A stretch of DNA of 64,000 bases from Octopus sinensis (GCF_006345805.1 NC_043004.1:9796001-9860000), one strand, 5' to 3'. Shown: positions 1 through 13,402, counted from the stretch's first letter. Numbers and translations are program-made. The notes: generated from the letters alone by a model not told the origin.

Positions 1-290
1 CTGTGGTCAATGAAGAGAGTAGAGGTGATACCAATAGTAACTGGTGCTCTTGGAAGTATCAGTACTCAGCTACCAACATGGCTGAAAAAGATTGGTGCAA
101 GTATGAAGATAGAACGCCTATAAAGATCAGCATTGCTTGGAACTGCAAGAATTCTTTGCAGAGTTCTTGCACTTGACATTACCAGTAAATAAGTGTCACC
201 TTAGTCTGCTGGCTGTGGACAGCTGACACTTTCCATCATACTCAGCAAAATAAGCTGTGAGTTTTCATTTAATGATAATAATAATTATTA
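1..290 (+). mobile_element. 3' end of R4/Dong-like REL non-LTR retrotransposon (pseudogenised) with short (TAA)n tail
   Basis: Frame 1 reads LWSMKRVEVIPIVTGALGSISTQLPTWLKKIG...ERL*RSALLGTARIL, the typical C-terminus of R4/Dong REL endonucleases. In-frame stop at 121; TAA repeats at about 270-286. Confidence 0.8.
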
Positions 291-490
291 TTTTGTCTTT
301 GTACAGCTTCTAACGCTGGAGATGTACTATGGTGTCAGCCGTTCACTACCAAGGAACTAAGGTACCACCCCTTATTTATCGTGCACTGTCAGGAGTATTC
401 GAGTGGTTCCAAGCAGTGCTGTTTTCTGCAAGTTCGCCACCTTCATTGCTACTCGTATTTGCTCCAAGTACTTCTCATGTAATTATTTTT
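286..490 (-). mobile_element. 3' end of a second R4/Dong-like REL element
   Basis: Minus strand reads KYLEQIRVAMKVANLQKTALLGTTRILLTVHDK*, then a short 3' UTR running into the same TAA/TTA tract. Confidence 0.7.
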
Positions 491-780
491 ATTGTTTTCT
501 GCTTTCTCCTTGATAATATTTTCACATTTAATTCCCATCTATTATAATAATGAGCTTGTTTGTAAGTTTGCCCAAAATCACGCAATGAAGAAGTAGCAGT
601 GTAAGTAAGAGTAAAAAAAAGAGAAGAGACAAAATGGTAATAACAATGAGAGAGGGAGCTGTTTCAAACAACGCCTCCCACTCGCTCAACAAAATCATTT
701 TCACTTTATTGATGAACGCTGCCTCTCTTTCTCTCACTCTATTCTATCTATCTATCTATCTACGGACGCACACACACACT

Positions 781-820
781 CTCTCTCTCACTCTCTCTCT
801 CTCTAATTCTCTCTCTCTCC

Positions 821-902
<82 letters not shown>
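781..902. repeat. (CT)n microsatellite
   Basis: Direct inspection. Confidence 0.95.
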
Positions 903-905
<3 letters not shown>

Positions 906-1340
906 AACAACAACATTTTCATTTTTATTCGGTGAACAATGATTTTTTTCTTCCTGGTAAACATCAATACCAATATATCAGATAAGTAAATAAGATTTTA
1001 GCACCTCAAAATTATTTTTTTCTATATCTCTATGGATGTTTGGCTGTTCTGGGAAATTTTTCTGCTTAATGAGTTGCAAAGTATTTACAAATACTGCCGG
1101 TACAGTGATGTTTGTAAATATTTATGAATGAAGAATTTTGCCAAGGCGGTGAAGTTTGTCTTCAAAATCTTTTTTCCATTTCAAGCGGTAAAGAGATTGA
1201 GAGACAGAGATATATAGAGAACCTGTAGACGTTACTGAAAAAATTAAGTCTGTGTGTGTGTATGGTGTTAATGTAATCCTGTGTAATTTTGGACTTTGTA
1301 TGGTTATGTAGAGAAATATAAACAAACTAACGTACACACG

Positions 1341-1416
<76 letters not shown>

Positions 1417-1469
1417 TATACTCATTCGTTTTGAAGTTTGTGTTCCGTTGCATTAAATATACTCACCCA

Positions 1470-2037
1470 CCTGCTATTGAGAATGATTCAGACAGAAGGC
1501 GACGGTTAACCAGAGAGAGACAAAGGTGAAGAACAGCCAGTCTCACTCGGGAAGAACTGGACGCAAGAAGATTAAACAATGCATCAAGGTTATTAGATCA
1601 ATCACAAGAAGTGAGACAAGAGAGACGAGCGCAAAGTGCAAGAATACAGACTCGAAGACGTCAAAATGAAAAGGAGCACCTAACTGCACAAAGGAGATAT
1701 ATCCAAAGAGAGAGAGAGAGAGAGAGAGAGCAGCACAAAAGCGCCAAGATGAAATAGAAGAGCAGGCAGCAGTGAGGAGAGAATATCTAAGAATGAGAGC
1801 ATCGCAAAGGCGACAAGGTGAAATGGAAGAGGAAGCAGCACAAATCGAATGAGAAAGAACATCGTGGAGAAGAATGGAAGAATTAATGAATACTGAAACG
1901 GACCATCCAAAACAGGGTTTTCACTAGAAACGTGGTGTTGAAACAATTACTGAGATAAAGGTTGAACTGTTTTTATTTTAAGTATATTATCCGTATCATT
2001 TTCATGCCTTCATTTCTGACGGCACGGACACACTAGT
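1470..2037 (+). mobile_element. Helitron-like fragment (decayed N-terminal charged repeats; possible CTAG 3' end)
   Basis: Broken frames give RQDEIEEQAAVRREYLRMRASQRRQGEMEEEAAQ, resembling the R/E-rich repeats N-terminal to Helitron RepHel. CTAG at 2033-2036 is followed by T and preceded by GGCACGG; the hairpin is not intact. Confidence 0.45.
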
Positions 2038-3185
2038 TTCTAATAATTTTTTTATATTTTACCCCCAAGTATTTCTCTGTATAAAAGTGCTGCCTTAATA
2101 AATATTGATTTCATTATTTTATCACACTCATAATCTCCCTTTTTTAAGTAAACATCACGGTAATCCAACAACAGAAGGAGAAGCAGTTTGTCAAGTTTTA
2201 CCTTCCCCTCAAAGCAACATAGAGATTTCAATTCGGCAGACCATCTGTAAGCTTTGCAGCGTGTGTGTGTGAGAGAGAAAGAGAGAGAGAGAGAGAACAT
2301 TGCAAACAATGAATGAAATAAGCATGAAATGAAAAATCATATAAATAAAAAGACATTACCACAGATGTATCCGCCCCCGACTTTGTTGCCTCATAACATC
2401 CAGAAAAATGAATACTTTTTAAGAAAATTTTCTACAAATACCGCTTAGATGTTGTGTCTTCAGAGTATATAGGGATTTATAGGAAAGAATTTTTGCGAGG
2501 GGGTGGAGAGAGATGTTTCAGAAAATTCACACGATCTGTTTTTTTCCCCTCATAACTTTCAGGAAGATGGGTATATTTTAATGAAAATTTATACAAATCA
2601 AATGGCATAGATTGCAATTAAAAAGAAATTTGTGGGGAAAATTTTTTCGGGAATTTTCCCCCATTTTTTAAAACCACAGCCTTCGAAATGATGGGGCTGG
2701 AGGTGCATCTTTTTTTTACACCCCACTACCTCATAACCTCACTCAGGACCTATTTTGGCCATTTTTTTTTTTTTGCACTTCAAAACTATGGGAAGAGCAT
2801 TTTCGGTAAAACTTCTTTTTAAATTCTTAATATTTTCAGAGGGAAAAGTGATTTAAGGGCGATGTAACTAGTGTTTCTAGCACATCCAAAGACAACCCAC
2901 CTCGTTTCTTTATCACTTTCGCATGTATCAAAGTTTTTCAATATTTTTACGGCATAAATACATTTATATAAAAAAAGGAAATTTGAGAAATTATGAATTT
3001 TTTGCGACCCCATTCGTTGCCCCCGATTGTTTCTGTTTAGAAATTAAAACTTTGGAGAGCCTGGGTAGGTCATCGCTGGCATTAAAAGTTCATTTGTGTC
3101 AACATATTTTCGTCGCTTTTGAAACCGCGACTTGTTCACTGACAAAACTTCACAAAAGTGAGGCACCGCGAAGTTTTGCCAGTGA

Positions 3186-3220
<35 letters not shown>

Positions 3221-4705
3221 GCACGCACGCACGCACGCACACACACATACACACACACATTCATTGCCTTTCATTTGTGTGTATGTGTATCTATGTGTGT
3301 GCGTGAGTGTGTATTGGTGTGTGTGAGTGTGTGTGTATGTGTGTGACTGTTGAAGTTGTGTTTGGAAACTGTGATTAAGGTGTAAGTTTCGAGTACTTAT
3401 TGATAACTTTTCTTTCTCCTTGTCTTCTAATAATAATTACCCAACTTTCTAGGCCCTTCTCACAGCTAACCCACGTTCAAAAATTATACTACTATTTGAA
3501 AAAAAAAATTCATTCAATAGATATTGTTTTTACATTATGTATACATAATGTGAGAGGCTTTGAAAAGGAAAATAGAATACTCTGCAGTGAATACAATGAA
3601 TATCTAAATTAGTGATAAGTTGGAGGCTGTGAATATTTAAGTTTGCGAGAAATTGGGGTTAGAAAAATTCGATAAACTTGAGAAATCGAAATTATAGGAA
3701 ATTTCTTGGAACATGAATTTATAAAAATGCGGAGAGAAAGCGACGGTTAGACATGTTCTGTCAAGTTGCAGACTAGCACTAGAAAGATATAAATGGCAGC
3801 ATAATCAAGTCCTCGGCGTCATAAGCGCAGCACTCAAGGAGAAGATCGAGAGGTACAATAGGGGAGAGTACCCAAAAGTAGAAAAGCGCAGGTAAGTATA
3901 CTTCCACAAAGAGGGAAAAGGAAATAAAACCAGGCCTACAAGTAAAGTATACGAGACAGACGAAAGATGGAAGGGATACTGGGAGGTGGCCACGGACTTG
4001 GAAAGACAAGTAATATTTCCACTAATAAAAACAACAAAAAGACCGGGTTTAGTCCCATGGAACAGAGACCGGAGAATAGGAATTTTACTAGAACTGACAA
4101 TACCTTGGGAAGAGAACATCGGCAATGCAGAGGAACGGAAGGAGAAGAGGTACGAAAAGCTAGTCGAAGAATGCAGAGAACAGGGATGGAATGTCGAATA
4201 TTATCACCTGGCAGTGGGGGCTAGAGGCTTCATTGAAAGGAAAATGACAACGCTTTTCAAAAGAAGATTTGTTTTTTCTAGCTCCGAGCTGCGAAAACTA
4301 ATAAGGAGAGTACAGGAGGCGGTCGTAAAAGCCAGCTTCTATATATGGCTGAAGCGGGAAGACCGAAAATGGCTTGAAAGTCATAACATGCTGGCGGGTA
4401 ATAACATGACTGAGACAAGCTGACACTGAATCAGCTTCGCTGACTGACAGGTGAGGGTCGTTTAGAAAATGCGCGGGCTTAAACTACGCGCCTTCACTAG
4501 TCAGTTAAGGTGAGACAACTTATTGGGGCTGCCTGCTGGAGCCTAACGGCAGGTATTTAAAGGGAAAAATTTGACAAGTCAGTCAGTTACCGGCTGACAC
4601 TCGCTGACGATACATCGAAGAGGCCAGGGAACAGAAGAAAGAAGACATGCACCGAACACCAGAGCTGAAGACACCTCCGAAAGGGAGGGGGGCGCCACGT
4701 CAAAA

Positions 4706-4751
4706 CGGTAGAGGAGTAGGGGCCGAAACCGGACGTGGTTCCTCCTGATGA
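4706..4751 (+). ncRNA. Candidate non-circularly permuted hammerhead ribozyme in Hero 3' UTR
   Basis: CGG-TA-GAGGAG (4706-16), GAAA-CCG (4725-31), TTCCTC-CTGATGA (4739-51). Stems I (6 bp) and III (3 bp plus core A-U) pair exactly; stem II is weak. Confidence 0.55.
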
Positions 4752-4775
4752 TGTATTGAGCTAACTAGATCCTAT

Positions 4776-4824
4776 GAAGGAGCTGTTGTGGTAGCAGGCT
4801 ACGAAACACGGTTGTAATTCCTTC
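4776..4824 (+). ncRNA. Degenerate type-I hammerhead-like motif
   Basis: GAAGGAG/TTCCTTC stem I, core CTGTTGT instead of CTGATGA, GTAG-cagg-CTAC stem II, GAAA, CA-cggt-TG, TA. Confidence 0.3.
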
Positions 4825-4933
4825 CTCTCCAAACACTCAAGCTTTTAATAATTGCTTTCTTTTACTACTTTTAGTAATTGTTACATACCTAATTAGTAAG
4901 AAGCTTTCGCCATTATAGTATACATTATCATTC

Positions 4934-4975
<42 letters not shown>

Positions 4976-5112
4976 TATTATTATTATCATCATCATCATC
5001 ATCATCATTTTTCAACTGTTTCCATTTCTTGATAGGTATCTTCCTCACACCTTAGGCAGAAAAACGCTCTGTATACATTGGTTGGCTATTAAAATAAGCA
5101 CACCAAATTGTC

Positions 5113-5114
<2 letters not shown>

Positions 5115-5181
<67 letters not shown>

Positions 5182-5760
5182 CATTATTATTATTATTACT
5201 ATTATCATTATTACTATTATCATTATTATTATTATTTATTTATTTTCTCTTTATCACAGGTTTGTTGGAGCTCCTGGGGTCTTCATGCGTAGCGGGCTTG
5301 CTGTCTGCAGCAATGCTACCATGTTATTCACTCTTTTCAGCTATCTAATACTTTCCTGATTATTCTGACCGTGCCAAATAAGCAAAACGTTTGTAACAGT
5401 TCTACAGGGCACTCTATTCCAATTTCCTTTATATTCCTTTTGATGCCTTCTGATACTGTTCTCAAAGACCCAACAATAATAGGCACTGTGTTCACCTTCT
5501 TCATTTTCCATAGCCGGGCTATTTCTTACGTAATTGTATCTATCTATCTTTTCGCCTTCCTTCTTGACTATTCATAGGTTAAAGGACATGCAACATTAAC
5601 TATATAGCAATAGTGGTGCACCTTATCCACCTCCCCTAGATCCAGTCTGTTATGCTCTAGCACCTGATCTGTTTGGATTGGGAAATCCCAGAGGATTATC
5701 TCTTCCCGACATTTGCCCGACCTTTCCTTGAATTCTGTTGTCCACTGTGATCTCCTCACA
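5115..5760 (-). mobile_element. R4/Dong-like REL element 3' fragment with long (TAA)n tail
   Basis: Minus strand reads IILWDFPIQTDQVLEHNRLDL...IVNVACP...IARLWKMKKVNTVPIIVGSL...GTVRIIRKVL. (TTA)n at 5115-5240 is the tail or target. Confidence 0.85.
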
Positions 5761-5789
5761 TGAAATAAAGTTTCATGAAAGTTGAAGTA

Positions 5790-6315
5790 CCTCAGAGAGG
5801 TCAGTTAGAAAAACGATAGATTACATGACAGGCCTTAGCTATTGGGATCGACTAGAAAAGCTCGAGCTTTATTCTCTCCAACGCCGCCGTGAGCGCTACA
5901 TTATCTGCATGATGTGGAAAATATTCCCTCAACATTGTCCAAATGATGTTGGTATCACATTTAAGATACTCCAAGGCCTGGGCCCGTCCGCCCACAACAT
6001 ATATCATACTCGCGTCACATAACACAATACGGCACAATTATTTCACCTTAATTGGCCCCGCTCTCTTTAACATTATACCAAAACACATTAAAGCAGAAAC
6101 AAACCCCATAAAGTTCAAGTAGTCTTTGGACAAATTCCTTCAAGAAATCCCAGATAAATCTTCAAAACACTGAGATGTCTCAGTAAACAATAACTCTCTC
6201 CTCGAGTGGGCCGTGTTGTCCGATTCCTGATTTGAATGACTTTGCCAGGTGATGCTATTAAGTTAGACATGGCCTAGGTCAATACTGGCCGAGACCTATC
6301 AAAGTATCAAAGTCA
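5790..6315 (+). mobile_element. CR1-like LINE 3' fragment
   Basis: MTGLSYWDRLEKLELYSLQRRRERYIIC is a typical CR1 RT C-terminus; short tandem tail (atcaaagt). Confidence 0.8.
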
Positions 6316-6360
6316 ACTATCATGCATACATGCATATATACATACACACATACACATGCA

Positions 6361-6394
<34 letters not shown>

Positions 6395-7210
6395 CATACA
6401 AACATTAACATATTGACAGATACAGGTAGTAGTACCACTTTGTATACCTGTAATTAGCTTTAAATACTTTCTTTACTAACTCTCCTTCTCCGTATTTACT
6501 TTTATTTTCGTCTTTTTATTATTATTTTTCATCATTTTTTTTTCATTTATCTATATATTTTTCCCTCTCGTGCTTGTGTCGGTTCCTCGCAAGCCGTAAC
6601 ATTCCGTCACGAAAGATTTGACGAACATCTTTTTACAGAAAACGAACAGCTGTAAATATTACACAAAGACAAAATAGAATGGAGCGAAGGAAAGTAATAT
6701 GGCTTTGTTAAACAAACAGTTTTGATGGCTACATTCGTTTGGAAGAGAAAGCCATGGGGGTGAGACGTAGAGGCGGGGAGGCGTAGGGCGAGGAGACGTA
6801 GAGACGGAGAGATAGATGGTGGTATCAGCGGAGGAGTAGTCGAGGTTATTGGTGAAGAGATATATATTATGCATAGCATGGAAGGATTGTTGGGTGTATG
6901 GTGGAGGGGTTTTACAAATTTAGTTTTTTTATCACGTGAGAGAGAATGGGGAGTAACAGAGAGAAAGAGAGACTGAGAGAGAAACGAGAGACGGATATAT
7001 ATATATACCCACACGTACATATATATACGTACATGCATGCATACATACATGAATACATACATACGTACATCATACATACACTTCCTCTGACAGACCAGTG
7101 CTATATGATGCTGTGGATTTGTAGCTGAGTGCCTGAATAACTACTCTAACTCCATTGAAGCCTCGAATATTAATGTGAAATTTATTTGGGCAAAAGAATT
7201 ACATCTGTGC

Positions 7211-7265
<55 letters not shown>

Positions 7266-7276
7266 TATATATATAA

Positions 7277-7437
7277 AGTTAATCCAAACAAGAAAGCACA
7301 AAAAAACACAACAACGCGAGGACGTGAAATAAATATAGTATTATTGGACGCTCAAGAAAGAAGGAGGGCTTAACGTTTCGAGCGGAGCTCTTCGTCGGAA
7401 ACATAGGAGAAGGAAAGATCCAGAGAAGGGAAGACAT
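7277..7437 (-). mobile_element. Penelope-like element terminal (pLTR) fragment abutting (TA)n
   Basis: Reverse complement of the family at 40372-40560 and 58823-59023; carries an HHR motif and ends at a TA microsatellite. Confidence 0.7.
7368..7402 (-). ncRNA. Minimal type-I hammerhead (PLE type), core CCGACGA
   Basis: Minus strand: GTTT-CCGACGA-A-GAGC(tcc)GCTC-GAAA-CG-TT-AAGC, with palindromic ACGT stem III. Confidence 0.6.
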
Positions 7438-7841
7438 ATATACATATATACAGGGAAAGGTATTATCAGTGAAAAGTTAATACAAATGTATATTTAAAAA
7501 GAAAAGTACCTTTGGATATACACTTCTTTTTATATTCATATGTATTGATTTTCTTACTGGTGTGCCTTTCCCTAATGCATAAATGTAATTTTTTTTCTCA
7601 AATAAATTGCCCTCCATATTCGAGGCTCCGATGAAGTTATAGGTTATTATCCAGGCACTCAACTATGAGTCCACTGCATCTGAGAGGAGAAACAGCTGTA
7701 AGCTAACGAAGGTCATAACATGGCCGTTTATTTATTTTTTTGTCATCTCTTTTTCTTATTACCGCTCTATACACTTCGTTCTGAATCATACGTATATTGA
7801 TTTCTACACCTGGTTACTAAGCGAAATATCAAAACATTGTA

Positions 7842-7990
7842 TCTGTGTGGTAAGAACTTTTCTTCCCAATCGCATGGTTCCGGGTTCAGTCTCACCGCAC
7901 GGCAGCTTGGGTAAGTCACTTCTACTATAGCCTGGGGCCGACCAAATCTTTGTCAGTGTACTAGGTAGACGGAAACGGAAAGAACGTCGT
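7842..7990 (+). mobile_element. tRNA-derived SINE family A, 5' part
   Basis: Similar to the head of 12870-13324 (tgtggtaag...ggttccgggttcagtc...gtagacggaaac). Confidence 0.75.
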
Positions 7991-8450
7991 AGGACCACCT
8001 TGAAGTCTTGAAACTCTATTCTCTCCAGCGCCGCCGCGAACGGTACTTCATGTGTACGATGTGGAGAATATACCGCCAGCATTGCTCAAACGACCTGAAC
8101 AAGGTTCATCCAACGCTGGGACCACGGGACATACGTCCCCTGTCCAATTCAGGATCACAACATATAGGTACAGTGTGAGATAATTTCTTTTCTTCAACAA
8201 GCCCTGCCCTGTTTAACATTGTCCCAAAACTGATTAAAGAGGAAAAGGACCCCATCACCTTTAAGCGGAGTCTGAACAGATTTCTTCAAGGAATACCAGA
8301 TAAGCCACCCGTACCTGAATACAACTCACTCAACAAGAACTCACTACTTGAATGGACCATAAACGAAACTTGACTTTAGATAATCCTATCAAGTGGTGCT
8401 ATTAATTTAGACATGACCTGGAACAATCTTTGGTCGAAACATATCTAAGT
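7990..8450 (+). mobile_element. CR1-like LINE 3' fragment
   Basis: LKLYSLQRRRERY motif; 3' end ggtcgaaacatatctaagt shared with copies at 10251 and 41545. Confidence 0.8.
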
Positions 8451-8461
8451 TATATATATAT

Positions 8462-8542
<81 letters not shown>

Positions 8543-8550
8543 ATACATAC

Positions 8551-8589
<39 letters not shown>

Positions 8590-8683
8590 GTGTGTATGTG
8601 CATACATACATACACACACACGCACAGACACGCAAACACACATACACACACACATGCACAGACACGCGCACATACACACACCA

Positions 8684-8960
8684 TCGTTCCGTCGGTTACG
8701 ACGACGAGTGTTCCACTTCATCCAATCAACAGAACAGACTGCTAGTAAACTTGACATGCAAGTGGCTGAGTACTCCACAGACAGGCGTGCCTTAACGTAG
8801 TTTTGAGGGAGACTCAGCGTGACATTGAATCTGACAAGGCTGGTCATTTGAAATACAGGCACCACTCATTTTGCAATATAGGTCCTACTCAACGGGAAAT
8901 AAAGTATCTTGCTCAAGGACACAACGCGCCGCCGGGGATTGAATTCACGACCTCACAATA
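8684..8960 (-). mobile_element. tRNA-derived SINE family B
   Basis: Reverse complement similar to 16442-16760, 16795-17115 and 23500-23790; B-box-like gaattcaatccc followed by gtgtccttgagcaag. Confidence 0.7.
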
Positions 8961-9021
8961 TTTTTAGTTCATGTATGTTTTTAAATTTTATACTTTTTAT
9001 ATATTTACTTGTGTGTGTGTG

Positions 9022-9060
<39 letters not shown>

Positions 9061-9094
9061 ATGTATATATGTATGTATTACATGTATGTATGTA

Positions 9095-10245
<1,151 letters not shown>

Positions 10246-10250
10246 GAATA

Positions 10251-10800
10251 TACTTAGATGTGTTTCGACCAAAGATTGGTCGAGGCCATGTTTAAATTAA
10301 TAGCACAACCTGATAGGATTATCTAAATCCTTTTTAAGTCAAGTTTTGTGGTATCGTGGTCTATTCAAGTAGGGAATTCTTGTTGAGTGAGTTGTATCCA
10401 GATATGGGTGGCTTATCTGGTATTCCTTGAAGAAACTTCTCCAAATTCCGTTTAAAGTTGATGGGATCCTTTTCCACTTTGATCTGTTTCGGGGCCTGTT
10501 AAAGAAAAGAAATTGTGTTGCAGTGTATTTATGTGTTGTGATCCTGAATTGGGTAGGGGACATATGGACCCGTGGTCCTAGTTTTGGATGAATTTTGAAG
10601 CTAATGTTGAGGTTGTTTGGGTAATGCTGGTGGTATATTCTCCCCATCGTGCAAATGATGTATCGCTCATGGCGGCGCTGGAGAGAACAGAGTTGCACTG
10701 CTTTAAGGTGGTCCCAATAATCGAGATCAGTCATGCCTTTAATTCTTATAGTGAAAGACTTCTGGGGTGGTTCAATTTTCGAAATGTTTTGTCTTGTATG
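10251..10800 (-). mobile_element. CR1-like LINE 3' fragment
   Basis: ORF 10339-10842: IRIKGMTDLDYWDHLKAVQLCSLQRRHERYIIC; same 3' tail as 7990-8450. Confidence 0.8.
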
Positions 10801-10872
10801 CAGTGACCACAAGTGGCTGTACAAAAAGGTGTGGCTGTACAAAAGAGGAGAAAAGAGGATGATATATATATA

Positions 10873-10913
<41 letters not shown>

Positions 10914-10914
10914 A

Positions 10915-11920
10915 CAAAGTTGATCATAGGATGATATGTCACAAACTACGTGACCATGTATCACTGGAGAGTGGCTGCATGACTTTTGAAAGTACAGAAG
11001 TAAGGCAGTTGCAGCCAATGGTGCTCTCCATGAGGAGACATCAATTCGCAACGGAGTTCCTTAGAGAACTGTACTGGGATCACTATTTGTGTGAAGTGAT
11101 TCTCTCAAACATGCCCTCAGTCGTATAGTCAGCCATTCCCTCCAGCTACTCTGACGATACAAAGCCATCTCTAACGGTTAAGGAACCTGATGACGTATTA
11201 AAACTGGAAAATGACTTGCATGCAATATGCAAATGAACTGATGAAAATAACATGAAGTTGAATGCTGATAAGTTTCAAGTATTCCGCCATCGGCCCACAA
11301 GCAGACAATAACTGGACTACATAGGACAAGGGGTCAGTGCAATCCCAGAGTCAGAATCGGTGCTTCACCTGGGAATCCACATGAACAGTGATGCAACATT
11401 CCTTGTGCATCTTGCTAGGATGGCAACACTGTGCAGGCGAGTAGCTGGACGAATCCTTAGATCATTCAGTAGCAGAAATAAGGATACATTGCTACTCCCG
11501 TCGGGGACATTTGTGTTCATTCGTCTGGATGACTGCTCCCAACTGTGGTCGCCACAGAGCGTGAAATTGGTGGCGGAACTTGAGGCAATCTAGCGCCACT
11601 ACGCAAAGTATACTGAGTCGGTGAAACAGATGAGTTACTGGGAGAGGATACAAGAACGGAAGCTCTACTCTCTGGAAAGAAGGCGAGAAAGGTATACAGT
11701 GATATACATATGGAAGATCCCAACTTTGGAAGTAAAAGCTATACCACCGAACTGGACGGCACTGCATACTACCAAAGATGCTGTCTTCTTTATCTCATAT
11801 AAGGCCCCAGTGTTGCAGCAGCTTGGGTTTCAGAGGACCACAACTGTTTAACATCCTGCCAAGGAACTTAAGAGACCTGCGAGGTGTAGATGTGAAAACA
11901 TTCAAAAAAGCACGAGGACA
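10915..11920 (+). pseudogene. CR1-like reverse transcriptase, C-terminal half, decayed
   Basis: SYSDDTK (motif C), LENDLHAICK*TDENNMKLNADKFQV, LGIHMNSDATF, LDDCSQLWSP, SYWERIQERKLYSLERRRERY; contains stops and frameshifts. Confidence 0.85.
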
Positions 11921-11924
11921 AATA

Positions 11925-11993
<69 letters not shown>

Positions 11994-12020
11994 GTGTGTG
12001 TGTGTGCATGTGTATGTATG

Positions 12021-12063
<43 letters not shown>

Positions 12064-12078
12064 TAGATAGATAGATAT

Positions 12079-12117
<39 letters not shown>

Positions 12118-12200
12118 TGGACAGAAAAGAGAAAAACTGGAGGTGGCAACTACTTGTCTTCTTTTCATGCCATACTTACAATAAATTTCTTCAATTTCCT

Positions 12201-12256
<56 letters not shown>

Positions 12257-12584
12257 CTTTCTCTCTCCATGTCTCTGTGGTCTGTGTATATTACATGTAC
12301 GGATAATGTGTTATTAGAAGTATGTGTTTGTTTGTACGTGTGAGATAAACAGGAAAGAACGAAAGAGAGAGAGAGAGAGAGAGCGAGAAAGATAATGTTG
12401 TGTGTATGTGTGTTCGTGTGCCAAATAGTTTGGCACATTGCTGATAAGCCCCTTGCGCATTGCCTTTTACGGCCCAGTTTCAATTCCTGGTTATAGTTAG
12501 AGTGCGATTCTGCCCCAACTGAATTCTGTTGGCGTTACAGAAAATGTCATCGCGAATAGAAAGAAAAGCGAAAACACAGCAAAC

Positions 12585-12780
12585 CGGACTACTCTGTCAT
12601 ATGTAATATTAATTCACATTGCCTTTAATTAATCGTACGCTATCTGGTAGCTTCGAGATTTGCCTGATGTGATTATTAATTTTTATAAAGACATCGTAAT
12701 GAGAAACCGATTCTGGCCGGTTTGAATATAAAACAAGAAGAATATTAGGACCGGTTCTGGCCGGTTTGAACTAAAAACAC
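12585..12780. mobile_element. Degraded non-autonomous DNA transposon (piggyBac-MITE-like) remnant
   Basis: Tandem ttctggccggtttgaa motifs resemble the subterminal repeats of a common octopus MITE (recognition from memory); termini absent. Confidence 0.3.
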
Positions 12781-12869
12781 ACACATAGATAGATATATTG
12801 AATGGTTACTATATTATGAATGGATATCTACATACACACACACACACATATGTATCACTTATACTCATA

Positions 12870-13061
12870 GGCGCAGGAGTGGCTGTGTGGTAAGTAGCTT
12901 GCTAACCAACCACATGGTTCCGGGTTCAGTCCCACTGCGTGGCATCTTGGGCAAGTGTCTTCTGCTATAGCCCCGGGCCGACCAATGCCTTGTGAGGGAT
13001 TTGGTAGACGGAAACTGAAAGAAGCCTGTCGTATGTATGTATATATATATATGTGTGTGTG

Positions 13062-13103
<42 letters not shown>

Positions 13104-13324
13104 TGTGTTGTGTGTCTGTGTTTGTCCTCCTAGCATTGCTTGACAACCGATGCTGGTGTGTTTTTACGTCCCCGTCACTTAGCGGTTCGGCAAAAGAGAC
13201 CGATAGAATAAGTACTGGGCTTACAAAGAATAAGTCCCGGGGTCGATTTGCTCGACTAAAGGCGGTGCTCCAGCATGGCCGCAGTCAAATGACTGAAACA
13301 AGTAAAAGAGAGAGTAAAGAGAGT
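12870..13324 (+). mobile_element. Full-length tRNA-derived SINE family A
   Basis: A-box-like tggctgtgtgg, B-box-like ggttcagtccc, central (TG)n, 3' ggcggtgctccagcatggccgcagtc and (AAGAG)-type tail. Confidence 0.85.
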
Positions 13325-13363
13325 ATATGTTTTTATATTATAATGTGTGTGTGTGTGTGTGAC

Positions 13364-13402
<39 letters not shown>

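Larger units (their letters stand above)
3715..4850 (+). mobile_element. Hero-clade REL non-LTR retrotransposon, 5'-truncated (zinc knuckle, endonuclease, 3' UTR)
   Basis: KCGEKATVRHVLSSC...RYKWQHNQVL zinc-knuckle remnant, then ORF 3986-4423 with LLELTIPWEE...ERKEKRYEKLVEECREQGW...VGARGF...ASFYIWLKR. These motifs match Hero REL domains. Confidence 0.8.

Noticed and set aside
2340-3030. Possible non-autonomous DNA transposon (also 61780-62280)
   Set aside because: It looks repeat-like, but I could not identify TIRs, a target-site duplication or a second copy in the window.
4600-4690. CTGACGA...GAAG and CTGAAGA...GAAA upstream in the Hero 3' UTR
   Set aside because: No stem I/III or UH site; the GAAA is simply the loop of a CCTCC/GGAGG hairpin.
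11150-11250. CTGACGA/CTGATGA strings
   Set aside because: They fall within CR1 RT coding sequence with no matching stems or properly placed GAAA-UH.
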